This document shows positions 48,117 to 57,945 of a stretch of DNA of 64,000 nucleotides, piece after piece. The translations under genes were made by a program, and so were the position numbers. Position 1 is the first letter of the stretch. Each line of letters opens with the position of its first letter. The notes below the pieces were generated by a model. It ran no database searches and was not told the DNA's origin. It was given only the letters and a program-made list of their open reading frames with translations. The stretch is from a virus. The stretch is from IMG/VR virus record IMGVR_UViG_3300045988_183451; one strand, given 5' to 3'.

Positions 48117-49610
48117 TTGTCTTTAAAACAAAAGTTAAAAAATGATATTAATTATTATAATAATGCTTTGTCAAAACCTAAAGTTACAAATGTTATAAAT
48201 ATAGTTATGTATTTTAGTCTATTTATAATACCTTTATTGTTTATTCCAAGAACCTTAGATGGTGATAGTTGGTTTTTACTTAATAGTGGAAGATATATAG
48301 CTAATAGTGGGTTTGCTACAATAGAACCTTTTTCAATACATCAAGATATGAATTTTATCTTTCAGCAATGGCTAACAGATTATTATTTCTGGATTATTTT
48401 TGAAAAATTTGGTCAATCTGGATTATTATTGTGTATTTATTTTGAAACAGTAGTATTAAATGTATTATTGTATATACTTCTTAATTTTATAGGTAATAAT
48501 AAAACAGCTTCATTTTTAGGAATTGTATTATTTAACATATTTGCTAAATGCTATTATGTTGTCAGACCACAAGTTACTACAATGATTAACTTAATATTAT
48601 TGTTAATCTGTCTTGAAAAATATGCAAAGAGTAATGATAAAAAATGGTTATTCCCTTTACCATTAATTAGTATTTTAGAGATTAATTTGCATTCAAGTAT
48701 ATGGTGGATGCTATTTATATTTACATTACCTTATATATTTGATTTCATCAATATTAAGGCTTTAGGTTTAAAAGGAGATAGAGGTTATAAAAAAATAAAT
48801 ATAATTATTGCTGATATAGTAATGTTTATAGTAGGATTTATAAATCCTTATACTTATAAAGCAGTATTTTATTTGTTTAATTCAATGAGTTCTAAGTATA
48901 AAAATGGAATTTCAGAATTAGCTCATTTTAATTTGTCTTATAAGCCTAATATTGCAGCATTAATATTAATCTTTATTATAATTATAACATATTGTTATGA
49001 GGTATTTAGAAAAAATGAAGTATTTTTAAGCAGATATATATATATATTTATAGGTTGTGTTATTTTATATTTTAATGCTTTAAGAAGTATTGTTTTTTTT
49101 GCAATAACATTATCTATAATGTTTGTAATACTTACTAAGGATTTTATAAAATTAAATAATATTTCTAAGCTATTATTGGATATATTTTTATGTGTTATAG
49201 GAGTATTAATTTTAATTAGTAAACCAGAGTTAAATCAGTATTCAGCATCACAAAACCAATTAAAAGAAATAAGAGACTATCTTTTAGAACAGACTGATAA
49301 TCCTGAAGATATTAATTTATATACATCTTTTAATGATGGTTCTTTTTTTGAATTTTTTGGATTTAGGTGTTATATGGATGCAAGAATGGAAGTGTTTACT
49401 AAGAAAATAAATAATCAGTACGATTATTTTGATGAGTATTCAGAAATTTCAAATGGAACAAAGCACTATAATACTGTCTTTGAAAAATATGATTTTGATT
49501 ACTATGTTGTGAATAAAAGAGTTGTTTATTATCAATATCTTTTAACAGATAGTAATTATGAATCAATATTTTTAAATGAAAGTTATGATTTATTTATAAG
49601 GAAGGAATAA
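48117..49610 (+). CDS. polytopic membrane protein, candidate GT-C-type/GtrC-like glycosyltransferase partner of the downstream GtrB-like gene
   Basis: About 12 predicted TM segments plus a C-terminal soluble domain; operonic with the GT2 gene (5-nt gap). Confidence 0.45.
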   Translation: MSLKQKLKNDINYYNNALSKPKVTNVINIVMYFSLFIIPLLFIPRTLDGDSWFLLNSGRYIANSGFATIEPFSIHQDMNFIFQQWLTDYYFWIIFEKFGQSGLLLCIYFETVVLNVLLYILLNFIGNNKTASFLGIVLFNIFAKCYYVVRPQVTTMINLILLLICLEKYAKSNDKKWLFPLPLISILEINLHSSIWWMLFIFTLPYIFDFINIKALGLKGDRGYKKINIIIADIVMFIVGFINPYTYKAVFYLFNSMSSKYKNGISELAHFNLSYKPNIAALILIFIIIITYCYEVFRKNEVFLSRYIYIFIGCVILYFNALRSIVFFAITLSIMFVILTKDFIKLNNISKLLLDIFLCVIGVLILISKPELNQYSASQNQLKEIRDYLLEQTDNPEDINLYTSFNDGSFFEFFGFRCYMDARMEVFTKKINNQYDYFDEYSEISNGTKHYNTVFEKYDFDYYVVNKRVVYYQYLLTDSNYESIFLNESYDLFIRKE

Positions 49611-49614
49611 TATA

Positions 49615-50544
49615 ATGATTTTTACAACAGATATTGCAATTATTCTTCCTGTTTATAATGAAGAATTTGCATTACAAAAAGTAATAGATGATATTAGAGG
49701 TAATATTAATAATACTTATGATTATGAAATATTCGTAATTAATAACAATAGTACAGACAAAAGTAAAGAAATTGCCTTAAAAAATAAATGTATTGTCATA
49801 GATGAATATAGACAAGGTAAAGGGTATGTTCTAAAAAGAGCCTTTGAGGATATTAATGCTAATTGTTATATTTGTGTTGATGCAGATGATACATATGATT
49901 TATCTGAAATTAATAATTTTATTTCGTTAGTATTAAATGAAAATTATGATATGATTATTGGTGATAGATTAAGTACAGATTATTATACAGAAAATAAAAG
50001 GAAATTTCATAATTTTGGAAATAATCTTATAAGGTTTTTTATTAATAAAATGTTTAAGGGAGAGATTGCAGATATGCTTACAGGATTTAGAGCTTTCAGT
50101 AAAAGATTTGTAAAGACTTTTCCAATAGCTTCAGATGGTTTCCAAATAGAAACAGAAATGACCATATATTTACTGGATAATGGTTATAGATATAAATGTG
50201 TACCTGTAGGGTATAAGGATAGAGATAGCAGTAATCCTAGTAAGTTAAATACTTATAAAGATGGATTTAAAGTAATTCATATGTTAGTACAGATGTTTAA
50301 GGAATATAAACCTAATTGGTATTATGGGATAATTAGTCTTATATTAACAATAATATCAACTTGCTTTATTATTCCTGTATTAGAAACATATAATAATACT
50401 GGAATGGTTTATAGATTTCCAACTCTTATTGTATGTTGCTTTACTTATTTAATGGCTTTCTTATTTTTCTTTATAGGTATTATTCTTAATAATAGAAGAA
50501 AATCGGACAAGAAGATGATTAATTTAAAAATTTTATCAATATAA
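49615..50544 (+). CDS. GtrB/CsbB-like family-2 glycosyltransferase (polyprenyl-phosphate sugar transferase) with two C-terminal TM helices
   Basis: IAIILPVYNEEFAL, VINNNSTDKSKEIA, CVDADDTYD GT2 motifs; C-terminal TMs ISLILTIISTCFIIPVL and LIVCCFTYLMAFLFFFIGIIL. Confidence 0.65.
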   Translation: MIFTTDIAIILPVYNEEFALQKVIDDIRGNINNTYDYEIFVINNNSTDKSKEIALKNKCIVIDEYRQGKGYVLKRAFEDINANCYICVDADDTYDLSEINNFISLVLNENYDMIIGDRLSTDYYTENKRKFHNFGNNLIRFFINKMFKGEIADMLTGFRAFSKRFVKTFPIASDGFQIETEMTIYLLDNGYRYKCVPVGYKDRDSSNPSKLNTYKDGFKVIHMLVQMFKEYKPNWYYGIISLILTIISTCFIIPVLETYNNTGMVYRFPTLIVCCFTYLMAFLFFFIGIILNNRRKSDKKMINLKILSI

Positions 50545-50596
50545 TTTTGAAGCTGGTGTATATAGTGTATACATCAGCTTTTATTTTTACTTTCAT

Positions 50597-50606
50597 ACAC
50601 TATTAT
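50597..50606 (+). promoter_or_regulatory. conserved ACACTATTAT promoter-like motif
   Basis: tttcatACACTATTATtataaag. Confidence 0.45.
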
Positions 50607-50644
50607 TATAAAGATATAAATTTGAAAAATGAAAGGTAAAAGTA

Positions 50645-50791
50645 ATGTTTGGTAATATTTTATATATTTTATTAATGTTATCTTTAATTTTTTTTATTAT
50701 AAAAGGTATTAAAGATAAGGATATTATTATTTGCTTGTTTAATATAATGATAGCCTTTATGATAAGCGTGATATATTTTTATACATTATAA
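50645..50791 (+). CDS. small 48-aa membrane protein
   Basis: SD gaaaggtaaaagtaATG; two hydrophobic helices; below the track cutoff. Confidence 0.35.
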   Translation: MFGNILYILLMLSLIFFIIKGIKDKDIIICLFNIMIAFMISVIYFYTL

Positions 50792-50831
50792 ATAGGAATA
50801 AATATAACAATAAAAGAGGTAAGTAAATCGT

Positions 50832-51416
50832 ATGAAAGATAATTATAAGTATGCAATAGATAGTAGTAATTATATGTTAAAAGATGAAATAATTATTGGA
50901 GCAGGATTTAATAATTACATAAATTTCTTGGATTTAATCATATATACAAATAAAGATGAAAACATACAGATTGATAATAAATGTGAGTTTGTCTGTAATA
51001 TTATTCAAAAAATGTGTGGAGCAAAAGTAATATTAACAAATAGTCAAAGAAATATTATAAAAAATATATGCTTAAGATTATATAAAGAATATGTTTTTAA
51101 ACTAAAACTAAGAAATAAAAATGATGATGAAATTCTTTATGATAAAGAACTAAATCCAACATTAAAAGATTTATATGATGACTTAAAATGTGTTCCTAGT
51201 ATAGAAATAGAGTTACTTGTGTGTATGTTAGAGGTATTTGTATATAGATTGGATATATACAACAGACATACGAATGTTATTTTGAATAAAGATAAGGTTA
51301 ATGTGTTTACTTTAGACTATATACCTATTTTTTTAAAAGATGTCACGCAAGATATTCTATTGGAATTTATTAAAAATGAAAATATGATTGAAGATAGTAA
51401 AGGAGATATAAGATAG
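50832..51416 (+). CDS. hypothetical protein
   Basis: SD aagaggtaagtaaatcgtATG; ends TAG. Confidence 0.5.
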   Translation: MKDNYKYAIDSSNYMLKDEIIIGAGFNNYINFLDLIIYTNKDENIQIDNKCEFVCNIIQKMCGAKVILTNSQRNIIKNICLRLYKEYVFKLKLRNKNDDEILYDKELNPTLKDLYDDLKCVPSIEIELLVCMLEVFVYRLDIYNRHTNVILNKDKVNVFTLDYIPIFLKDVTQDILLEFIKNENMIEDSKGDIR

Positions 51417-51418
51417 TT

Positions 51419-51658
51419 ATGAAAAATAAAAATGGCATTAAAATTAAATTCAATAAACACAATAAATATGGAAATGAACCTTGTTGTTGTGAAAAAGGAT
51501 ATTTAACTAAGTTTGGTTCTTCAACATTATTTTGTTTCATATGTAATTTATTTTGTTGTAGGAAATTATTTAAGACAGAAAGCTTTTGTAAAAAATATGG
51601 ATGGAATAAAACTTGTAGAACTTGTCAACAAAAAGGTGATTATAAGTTACTTGAATAA
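51419..51658 (+). CDS. small Cys-rich protein (10 Cys in 79 aa)
   Basis: EPCCCEKGY...LFCFICNLFCCRKL...CRTCQQKG. Confidence 0.45.
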   Translation: MKNKNGIKIKFNKHNKYGNEPCCCEKGYLTKFGSSTLFCFICNLFCCRKLFKTESFCKKYGWNKTCRTCQQKGDYKLLE

Positions 51659-51883
51659 AAGTGATAGATATATAGATGCCCTTATTTGAAAAATAAACAT
51701 AATAAGGGTGTCTTTTTTTTGATTTATAACAAAATACAGAAATATATGTGTTTTATAAATAAAAATCATTATTTTTTTAGTATATATATGCATACTTTTT
51801 TGTTGTATTAATCCCATTATTTTTATAGTTATTTATAAAAGTGAAAATGATTTTTTTGTTAAGGGAGAGTATTTATAAATATT

Positions 51884-51912
51884 TATTACACAAAAGGATA
51901 TTCGGTGTAATA
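51884..51912. repeat. perfect 8-bp inverted repeat TATTACAC/GTGTAATA with 14-nt spacer inside a 600-bp AT-rich non-coding region; arm sequence GTGTAATAAA recurs near 52122
   Basis: Read directly: atttattacacaaaaggatattcggtgtaataaaa. Confidence 0.35.
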
Positions 51913-52221
51913 AAAATACAAACAGCAAAATTCATTTTTTCTATAAGCAAAATCTTCTACCATCTATTTAAAACAATACAAATAATATAATTTTTCTTTT
52001 ATGCTTCTTTATATTGATTATATCAATTTCCCCCAATATCCTCATAATTATGTATTAAAAAATCTAATTGTAAAAACTAAAAGGTTAAGACAGTAGTTTA
52101 TACATTTTTCTACTCCCTTTGTGTAATAAATATTATTAAAACTCTATCCACCTTTAATCAAAAATTTTCTAAAAACTTTCAAAAATTCTTATTTTTTATA
52201 CCTCTTTATTTTTATTTTACC

Positions 52222-52231
52222 ACACTATTAT
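52222..52231 (+). promoter_or_regulatory. conserved ACACTATTAT promoter-like motif
   Basis: ttttaccACACTATTATtttataacc. Confidence 0.45.
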
Positions 52232-52274
52232 TTTATAACCAAAAATTGTGAACAAAAGAAAGAAGGAAATTCAT

Positions 52275-52421
52275 ATGAGTATTAATACTAATCTAAATAA
52301 TTTACCTATAAATGAGCTTAAAGATTTCCTTAAAGCTAATGGGTTAAAGGTTGTTTTAGAAGACGGAAAGATTACTGAGACAGTTGAAGAAAAGGAATTA
52401 GAAGAAGAAAAAGAAAGATAG
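52275..52421 (+). CDS. small K/E-rich protein (48 aa)
   Basis: SD aaagaaggaaattcatATG; ends TAG; below the track cutoff. Confidence 0.35.
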   Translation: MSINTNLNNLPINELKDFLKANGLKVVLEDGKITETVEEKELEEEKER

Positions 52422-52453
52422 ATGAAAAGCACTAAAGAAAGGGGTTTTGTTTT

Positions 52454-55219
52454 ATGGATAATACAAATAATAACGTAATTGAGTGTATGGTTCATCTTGA
52501 AAGATTTAATGAAAAACCAAATAAGTTTCAGATAGGTTCTATTCAGAATAATATGCATCCAGAAACTATTCAAATTGAATATCTTGCAGAATCTCTTGTT
52601 AATGGTGCTTCTTTTAAGCCAGGAGTATTGATAGGTGGACGTTCTAAAGATAACTGGGTAAGACAACAGCTTTTCGGATTAGATTTTGATGATGGAACTC
52701 CAATAGAAATCTCTTATAGAAAAGCTATTGATTTAGGATTAACACCTATTTTTATGTATACTACATTTAGTCATACATCAGAACATCATAAGTATAGAAT
52801 GATTTTTTGTGCAGATGAAGTAATTACAGATGGAAATAAAAGAGACAAGCTTCAAGCAACTCTTATGGGAATAATGGGAGATATAGACAAGGTTTGTTTT
52901 AATAGAGATAGATTATTTTTTGGTGGAAAAGGTAAAGAAGTACTTTTTCCTAGTTTTAATGCAAGAGTTAATGCTAACGAAGTAATTAATAAATATTGGA
53001 AAGATGAATATGCTGCTTTTATAAGTGGAAATACATCTTCAAGCAAACAGAAAAGAACAAAAAAAGTAAGTACTAAAAATACTTTAACAAGTATAAATAC
53101 ATCAAATGTAATTAATTATGAACCATTAATAGATGAGGAAATAAAAGCAGCTTATCCTGTAAAATGTGTTTCTATGTATAATTTAAAATGCTTAAAAGAA
53201 TATTTTGACTATAATGTATGGATTGAGGGGTCTCATAGAGAAAGATTTATATTCATATATTATAACTGTTCTAAAATTATAAATGGTTCGGTACAGGCTT
53301 TTAAAGAATGCTTAGAATACAATAGGGAGATGGATGAGCCATTATCAATGTATGAATTAAAATCAGCAATAATGCATACAGATGAGCATATTGAGAATAA
53401 AGATTGGTATAGACTAGCATTACATGACAATGGCAGTTTTATTTTTAAGCCAGAAACTATTATAAGTGAAAAATGGTTAGATATAAACGAAGATATAGCA
53501 AAAGCTTGTGGATTTCTTGACAATAAAATAAATAAAGAGAATATACTTAAGAATAAAGAAAGAGACAGACAGAGAGATAAAATGATAGCAGAATTATATT
53601 TATCTGGATTAGGTTATCAGAATGTATCTAAGGCATTACCGGAAGAATATAAATGTTGTAAGAATACTGTTAAAAGAACAGTAGAAAGACTAGGAATTAA
53701 AGACAGAAATATATCTTTTAATAATATACAATTTGAAGAAAAGGAAAAGTATAAGCGTGTAGGGGTGCAAACATTGACTAAACTAGAAAAAAGTTCAAGC
53801 TTCCCTATCTTCTCTAACATAACTTCAGTAGATGATAAAAATGAAATGAATATATTAGATAAAGAAATTATTAAAGAAGAGAATATTAATAGAATTAACG
53901 CAGGTAGGTATTTAGACAAGACTTGTGAAGAATTGGCTAACAAGGCTAAAGAAGCTAATAAGAAGTCTAATGACAATGAACAAGATATAGCTATAAATAC
54001 AATATTAGCAAATCCTAATATAAATTATTGTTTATACGGTAAAGCTGGTACTGGCAAGAGTTTTTGTATTAATACTTTATTACAAAGGTTATCAGAAGAA
54101 GAAAGAAATAGAACAGTTGTAATAGCTCCAACAGGTATAGCAGCTTCTAATATTACATATGCAACAGCAACAACTATACATTCATTATTTGAGTTACATA
54201 CATTTATTTACAGTAAAGATAGTTCTATTAAGATACCTAACAAGTTATTAGGAGTAAGAAGAATAATTATAGATGAAATAGGAATGGTTAGGAAAGATAT
54301 ATTTACACAATTAATAAGAGTTGTTAAGGCTGTTGAAGAAAAGACAGGAAATAAGATACAACTCATCTTTTCAGGTGACTATGGTCAGATTTCTCCAGTT
54401 GTTACTAAGAAAGATAAGGCAATAATAGATATGTATTATGAAGAAAGCAAGAATAAGTATTTTTGTTTTGATAGTCCATTATGGAACGAACTTAATCTTC
54501 AGAATATTGTTTTAAGAAACAATCATAGACATAATAACAATAATAACGATGAATTACAGGAAGAATTTATCAATGCTTGTGATGATATTAAGTTTGGATT
54601 ATTAAACAGAATATCTTGGTTAAACAACAATATAGCTCATACAGCTATTAATGATGCAATATATCTTTGTGCTAATAATAAGCAGGTAGATGATTATAAT
54701 TCACTTTATACTAAGGATTTTATAGGAACACAAGTATACAAAGCTAAGATTGAATTAGGTGAAAGATATAATGAAGGATTTAATCTTAACAATGTTAAAC
54801 TGCCTGTAAAAGCAGAATTAAATTTAGCAGTAGGCATGCGTGTAATGACACTTGTTAATACAAAGAGCTATAAGAATGGAAGCTTAGGTACTATCACAGC
54901 ATTATTAGACAACAAGGTAAAAGTTAAGTTAGATAGTACTGGAAGAGAAGTAACAGTAAGAGCTGCTAAATTTGATATTGAAAGCTTAGAGGAAAGCAAT
55001 ATGTATCAGATACCAATAGCAATAGCATATGCAATAACAGTAAATAAAGCACAAGGATTAACACTTGATAAGGCTAATATCGTTCCAGGATTTTTTGCAC
55101 CAGGACAGTTATATACAGCTATTACAAGAATAAAAAATGTACATAACATAAGTATAATTGGTGACTTAAAAGAAAGTGATTTAGTTGTAGATTCAAGAGC
55201 ATTAAGTCTAATAGCTTAA
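52454..55219 (+). CDS. replication protein: N-terminal AEP-type primase-polymerase (PrimPol) domain, central HTH, C-terminal PIF1/RecD-like SF1B helicase
   Basis: N-terminal FGLDFDDGTPIE (DxD) and FSHTSEHHKYRMIF (sxH..H) AEP motifs; HTH IAELYLSGLGYQNVSKALPE; C-terminal LYGKAGTGKSFCINTL, IIIDEIGMVRKD, YAITVNKAQGLTLD, YTAITRIKN; SD aaagaaaggggttttgttttATG. Confidence 0.65.
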   Translation: MDNTNNNVIECMVHLERFNEKPNKFQIGSIQNNMHPETIQIEYLAESLVNGASFKPGVLIGGRSKDNWVRQQLFGLDFDDGTPIEISYRKAIDLGLTPIFMYTTFSHTSEHHKYRMIFCADEVITDGNKRDKLQATLMGIMGDIDKVCFNRDRLFFGGKGKEVLFPSFNARVNANEVINKYWKDEYAAFISGNTSSSKQKRTKKVSTKNTLTSINTSNVINYEPLIDEEIKAAYPVKCVSMYNLKCLKEYFDYNVWIEGSHRERFIFIYYNCSKIINGSVQAFKECLEYNREMDEPLSMYELKSAIMHTDEHIENKDWYRLALHDNGSFIFKPETIISEKWLDINEDIAKACGFLDNKINKENILKNKERDRQRDKMIAELYLSGLGYQNVSKALPEEYKCCKNTVKRTVERLGIKDRNISFNNIQFEEKEKYKRVGVQTLTKLEKSSSFPIFSNITSVDDKNEMNILDKEIIKEENINRINAGRYLDKTCEELANKAKEANKKSNDNEQDIAINTILANPNINYCLYGKAGTGKSFCINTLLQRLSEEERNRTVVIAPTGIAASNITYATATTIHSLFELHTFIYSKDSSIKIPNKLLGVRRIIIDEIGMVRKDIFTQLIRVVKAVEEKTGNKIQLIFSGDYGQISPVVTKKDKAIIDMYYEESKNKYFCFDSPLWNELNLQNIVLRNNHRHNNNNNDELQEEFINACDDIKFGLLNRISWLNNNIAHTAINDAIYLCANNKQVDDYNSLYTKDFIGTQVYKAKIELGERYNEGFNLNNVKLPVKAELNLAVGMRVMTLVNTKSYKNGSLGTITALLDNKVKVKLDSTGREVTVRAAKFDIESLEESNMYQIPIAIAYAITVNKAQGLTLDKANIVPGFFAPGQLYTAITRIKNVHNISIIGDLKESDLVVDSRALSLIA

Positions 55220-55247
55220 AGATAAAAAAATAAGGAGATAAAATTTT

Positions 55248-55700
55248 ATGGATAAAAGAAGAATAATTACAGGACATTATCAGGAAAATATGTTTGGAGA
55301 TTTAATGGATAGAGAAGACTATTTTCATAAGTTGCCTAATATATCTAATAGGAGACAATTAGAAGAACCCAAAACAAAAGTATTTTATGTAAAAGAAGAA
55401 AGTAATTGGGAAAATGAAAGTCAGGAGCTTTTAGATGAAAAAGGAAATTCGATATATGAGGTTTATAACCTTACAGATTGTCCTGAAGATGCAACAATAC
55501 ATAGAGGTTTATTTAGTGCTTATGATTATATAGAAGCTGTAAGATATGGGATACAGTTAGCAAGGCAAGGAGTTATGGAGATTAAAGTAGAAGATTATAA
55601 TAAAGATAAAACTGATTTTGTAGAGGAAGCAAATACAGTAACACCAGATAATAATGAAATAGATGATAATGAACTAGAAGATTTGTTTTCATTAGATTAG
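55248..55700 (+). CDS. acidic hypothetical protein
   Basis: SD aataaggagataaaattttATG; ends TAG. Confidence 0.5.
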   Translation: MDKRRIITGHYQENMFGDLMDREDYFHKLPNISNRRQLEEPKTKVFYVKEESNWENESQELLDEKGNSIYEVYNLTDCPEDATIHRGLFSAYDYIEAVRYGIQLARQGVMEIKVEDYNKDKTDFVEEANTVTPDNNEIDDNELEDLFSLD

Positions 55701-55714
55701 ATAAGGAGTATTAT

Positions 55715-55885
55715 ATGAGTGAGTTTGTAGAAATGTTTCTTGCATTAACAGTATTATTATTGGTAATATTTGGATTTATATCGTATTTTATTTTTAAAGT
55801 TAGTCTAATAATGATTATAGCAAGAATAATATCTATAGTGTTTGTTTTAAGTATTATAATAGCTATTATAATTAATGTGGTCTAA
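55715..55885 (+). CDS. small hydrophobic membrane peptide (56 aa)
   Basis: SD ataaggagtattatATG; below the track cutoff. Confidence 0.35.
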   Translation: MSEFVEMFLALTVLLLVIFGFISYFIFKVSLIMIIARIISIVFVLSIIIAIIINVV

Positions 55886-55952
55886 GGTTTGTAAATAAAA
55901 TTCTTTGAGCTTATGTATAGTGTGGTAAATAATTACTTTGAAGAGGTAAAAA

Positions 55953-56360
55953 GTGATAAATGTTATTTACTTTACAAATGTTGTTGATATTGGCAAATTA
56001 TATATTGAACATATTTTTTATGAATCTGAAAATGAGCCGATATTATTTTTATGTAAAGACAAAATGGATAATATTTATTTATGTTTATGTTCTGATATTC
56101 GTTATGGTCAAAAATGGGTTATTACTAAATGTACAATAGATATTTTAAAAAAGCATATTGAAAAAGATGTAGACATATCCTTTATTTTTTTACATCAGAA
56201 TAAAGCTATAATTATTAATATGGATTTGCAAGGTAATGAAAATAGTTTTGAAATAGATACTCAAAACATAAACCTATTAGATTTACCTAAAAAAGAAACT
56301 TATATAAAATGCAATAAAGCAGAAACACGAAATTATGTAACAGCATTAGAAAATATTTGA
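55953..56360 (+). CDS. hypothetical protein
   Basis: Track start GTG/ATG; SD gaagaggtaaaaaGTG. Confidence 0.45.
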   Translation: MINVIYFTNVVDIGKLYIEHIFYESENEPILFLCKDKMDNIYLCLCSDIRYGQKWVITKCTIDILKKHIEKDVDISFIFLHQNKAIIINMDLQGNENSFEIDTQNINLLDLPKKETYIKCNKAETRNYVTALENI

Positions 56361-56391
56361 TAACTCTTTTTTGTTATTTTTTTACTTTTTA

Positions 56392-56401
56392 ACACTATTA
56401 T
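56392..56401 (+). promoter_or_regulatory. conserved ACACTATTAT promoter-like motif
   Basis: ctttttaACACTATTATtataaaaaaacagaaaaggagtttgaaaatatATG. Confidence 0.45.
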
Positions 56402-56433
56402 TATAAAAAAACAGAAAAGGAGTTTGAAAATAT

Positions 56434-56508
56434 ATGAAAAGCTTTTCTACAGTAAAATTACAAAATAAAAAGAGTTTTTGGCGTGTATTTTTAAAAGTCA
56501 TACAATAA
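56434..56508 (+). pseudogene. 24-codon N-terminal remnant of the KKSFW membrane-protein family
   Basis: MKSFSTVKLQNKKSFWRVFLKVIQ* shares the KKSFW..F motif with the starts of genes 57040 and 60889. Confidence 0.3.
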
Positions 56509-56541
56509 TAAAATAACAAAATATTATTTTTTTATAATCCT

Positions 56542-56551
56542 ACACTATTAT
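56542..56551 (+). promoter_or_regulatory. conserved ACACTATTAT promoter-like motif
   Basis: aatcctACACTATTATatgtataat. Confidence 0.45.
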
Positions 56552-56629
56552 ATGTATAATAAACAATTCTACTTTCATAGAATGGAATTTTGTTAGTAAA
56601 GAGTAAAGATAAGTAAAAGGAGAAATAAT

Positions 56630-57034
56630 ATGGATATTTTAAATTTTGAGGACATAATAACACTAATTATATTATGTGCTATACCGCTTTTTTTAATAGT
56701 ATCATCTGTATTTAACTGTAAAATATTACCAGGTATCTTTATCTGCATAATTCTAATATCAATATTAGTAGTAATATCTTCTGAAGCATTATTAGACAAT
56801 GCAGTTCCAACAGAAAATAGAACTGAAATACAGGAAATAATAGAACAAAAATCGACAAGTCAAAACTTTAATATAAGAGTGACATATAAAGACTTATCAG
56901 GTAACACAAAGGAAGCACTTGTTATAGATGCAAAGACCTCTGATGATGATATTTCTTATTCATATATAGAGACTAAAACCTATAAATATGGTTTCTTGTA
57001 TAAAGATGTAAATACATTATATTTTAGAAGGTGA
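56630..57034 (+). CDS. membrane protein
   Basis: SD aaaaggagaaataatATG; two TM helices. Confidence 0.45.
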   Translation: MDILNFEDIITLIILCAIPLFLIVSSVFNCKILPGIFICIILISILVVISSEALLDNAVPTENRTEIQEIIEQKSTSQNFNIRVTYKDLSGNTKEALVIDAKTSDDDISYSYIETKTYKYGFLYKDVNTLYFRR

Positions 57035-57039
57035 TTTTA

Positions 57040-57708
57040 ATGAAAAATATAAGTAAAAAGAAATCATTCTGGAAGGAATTTTTTAATGAGTGTTATGGAA
57101 TGATAGTACTCGGAGCAATTACGATATATATTGTTTTATCTGCCATTGTAGGAAATTTGATATTGCCATGTATAAATAATGGAGAAGCAATAAATCCGTG
57201 TATAGAAGATGTAAGCGGTAAGTTTACATTATTTGTAATAAAAACAATCATAGGTGGTTTGTATTTATTTGGTGTTATTTTCATACTATTAATTGCTTTT
57301 TCTATTATAGGCATAATTGTAATAAAATTAGTAACTGGAATAACGCATATACTAGCTGTAAAACGATATACATACCTACCATTAACAATAGATGAAGTAA
57401 AAGAAGCTATAAATGTAGGATTATTTGAAGATACTCCTGAAAGCTATACAGATTATCTTGCAAAACAGATGAAGTATTTTGATGGCAGTGTAACCTTTTC
57501 AGTTGATGATATGAAAATGATAATAAAAACAATAAAAGCAATATGGAATCAATCATTTAAGATTGATAAAGATTTTCTTATCAGAAATAAAATAGAAAGT
57601 TATCATCAGCTTCCATTTGGACTTAAGGATGACAGAGCCGATTTATTTTGCAAATTAGAGAAAAACCAAACAGTATCTTTTGATATGAACGACGTTTATT
57701 TCATTTAG
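57040..57708 (+). CDS. membrane protein, KKSFW-family paralogue
   Basis: MKNISKKKSFWKEFFNECYGMIVL...; SD agaaggtgattttaATG (track start 57031 is 9 nt earlier); ends TAG. Confidence 0.5.
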   Translation: MKNISKKKSFWKEFFNECYGMIVLGAITIYIVLSAIVGNLILPCINNGEAINPCIEDVSGKFTLFVIKTIIGGLYLFGVIFILLIAFSIIGIIVIKLVTGITHILAVKRYTYLPLTIDEVKEAINVGLFEDTPESYTDYLAKQMKYFDGSVTFSVDDMKMIIKTIKAIWNQSFKIDKDFLIRNKIESYHQLPFGLKDDRADLFCKLEKNQTVSFDMNDVYFI

Positions 57709-57885
57709 AACATCAGGTGAAAAGCTGCTTGCATTAAGCGTGAAATTAATGAGTTTTCACAAGAAGCCACAGAAGAATAACAATATCTGGTTTTTGTTAT
57801 TGTTTTTTATACCTCATAAATAATAAAATATTATTTTTTAATAAGAGCTGTATTAAAAAACAGTTCTTATTTTTTTATGTTTTTT

Positions 57886-57895
57886 ACACTATTAT
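57886..57895 (+). promoter_or_regulatory. conserved ACACTATTAT promoter-like motif
   Basis: tttttACACTATTATttataaatgg. Confidence 0.45.
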
Positions 57896-57945
57896 TTATA
57901 AATGGAGAAGAAATAAATAATATAAATAAAGAGGAAATAAATAAT

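Noticed and set aside
57877-57945. ORF start at 57877
   Set aside because: It would place the conserved promoter motif (57886) inside the coding sequence. ATG 57946 with SD agagga fits the usual promoter-SD-start spacing.
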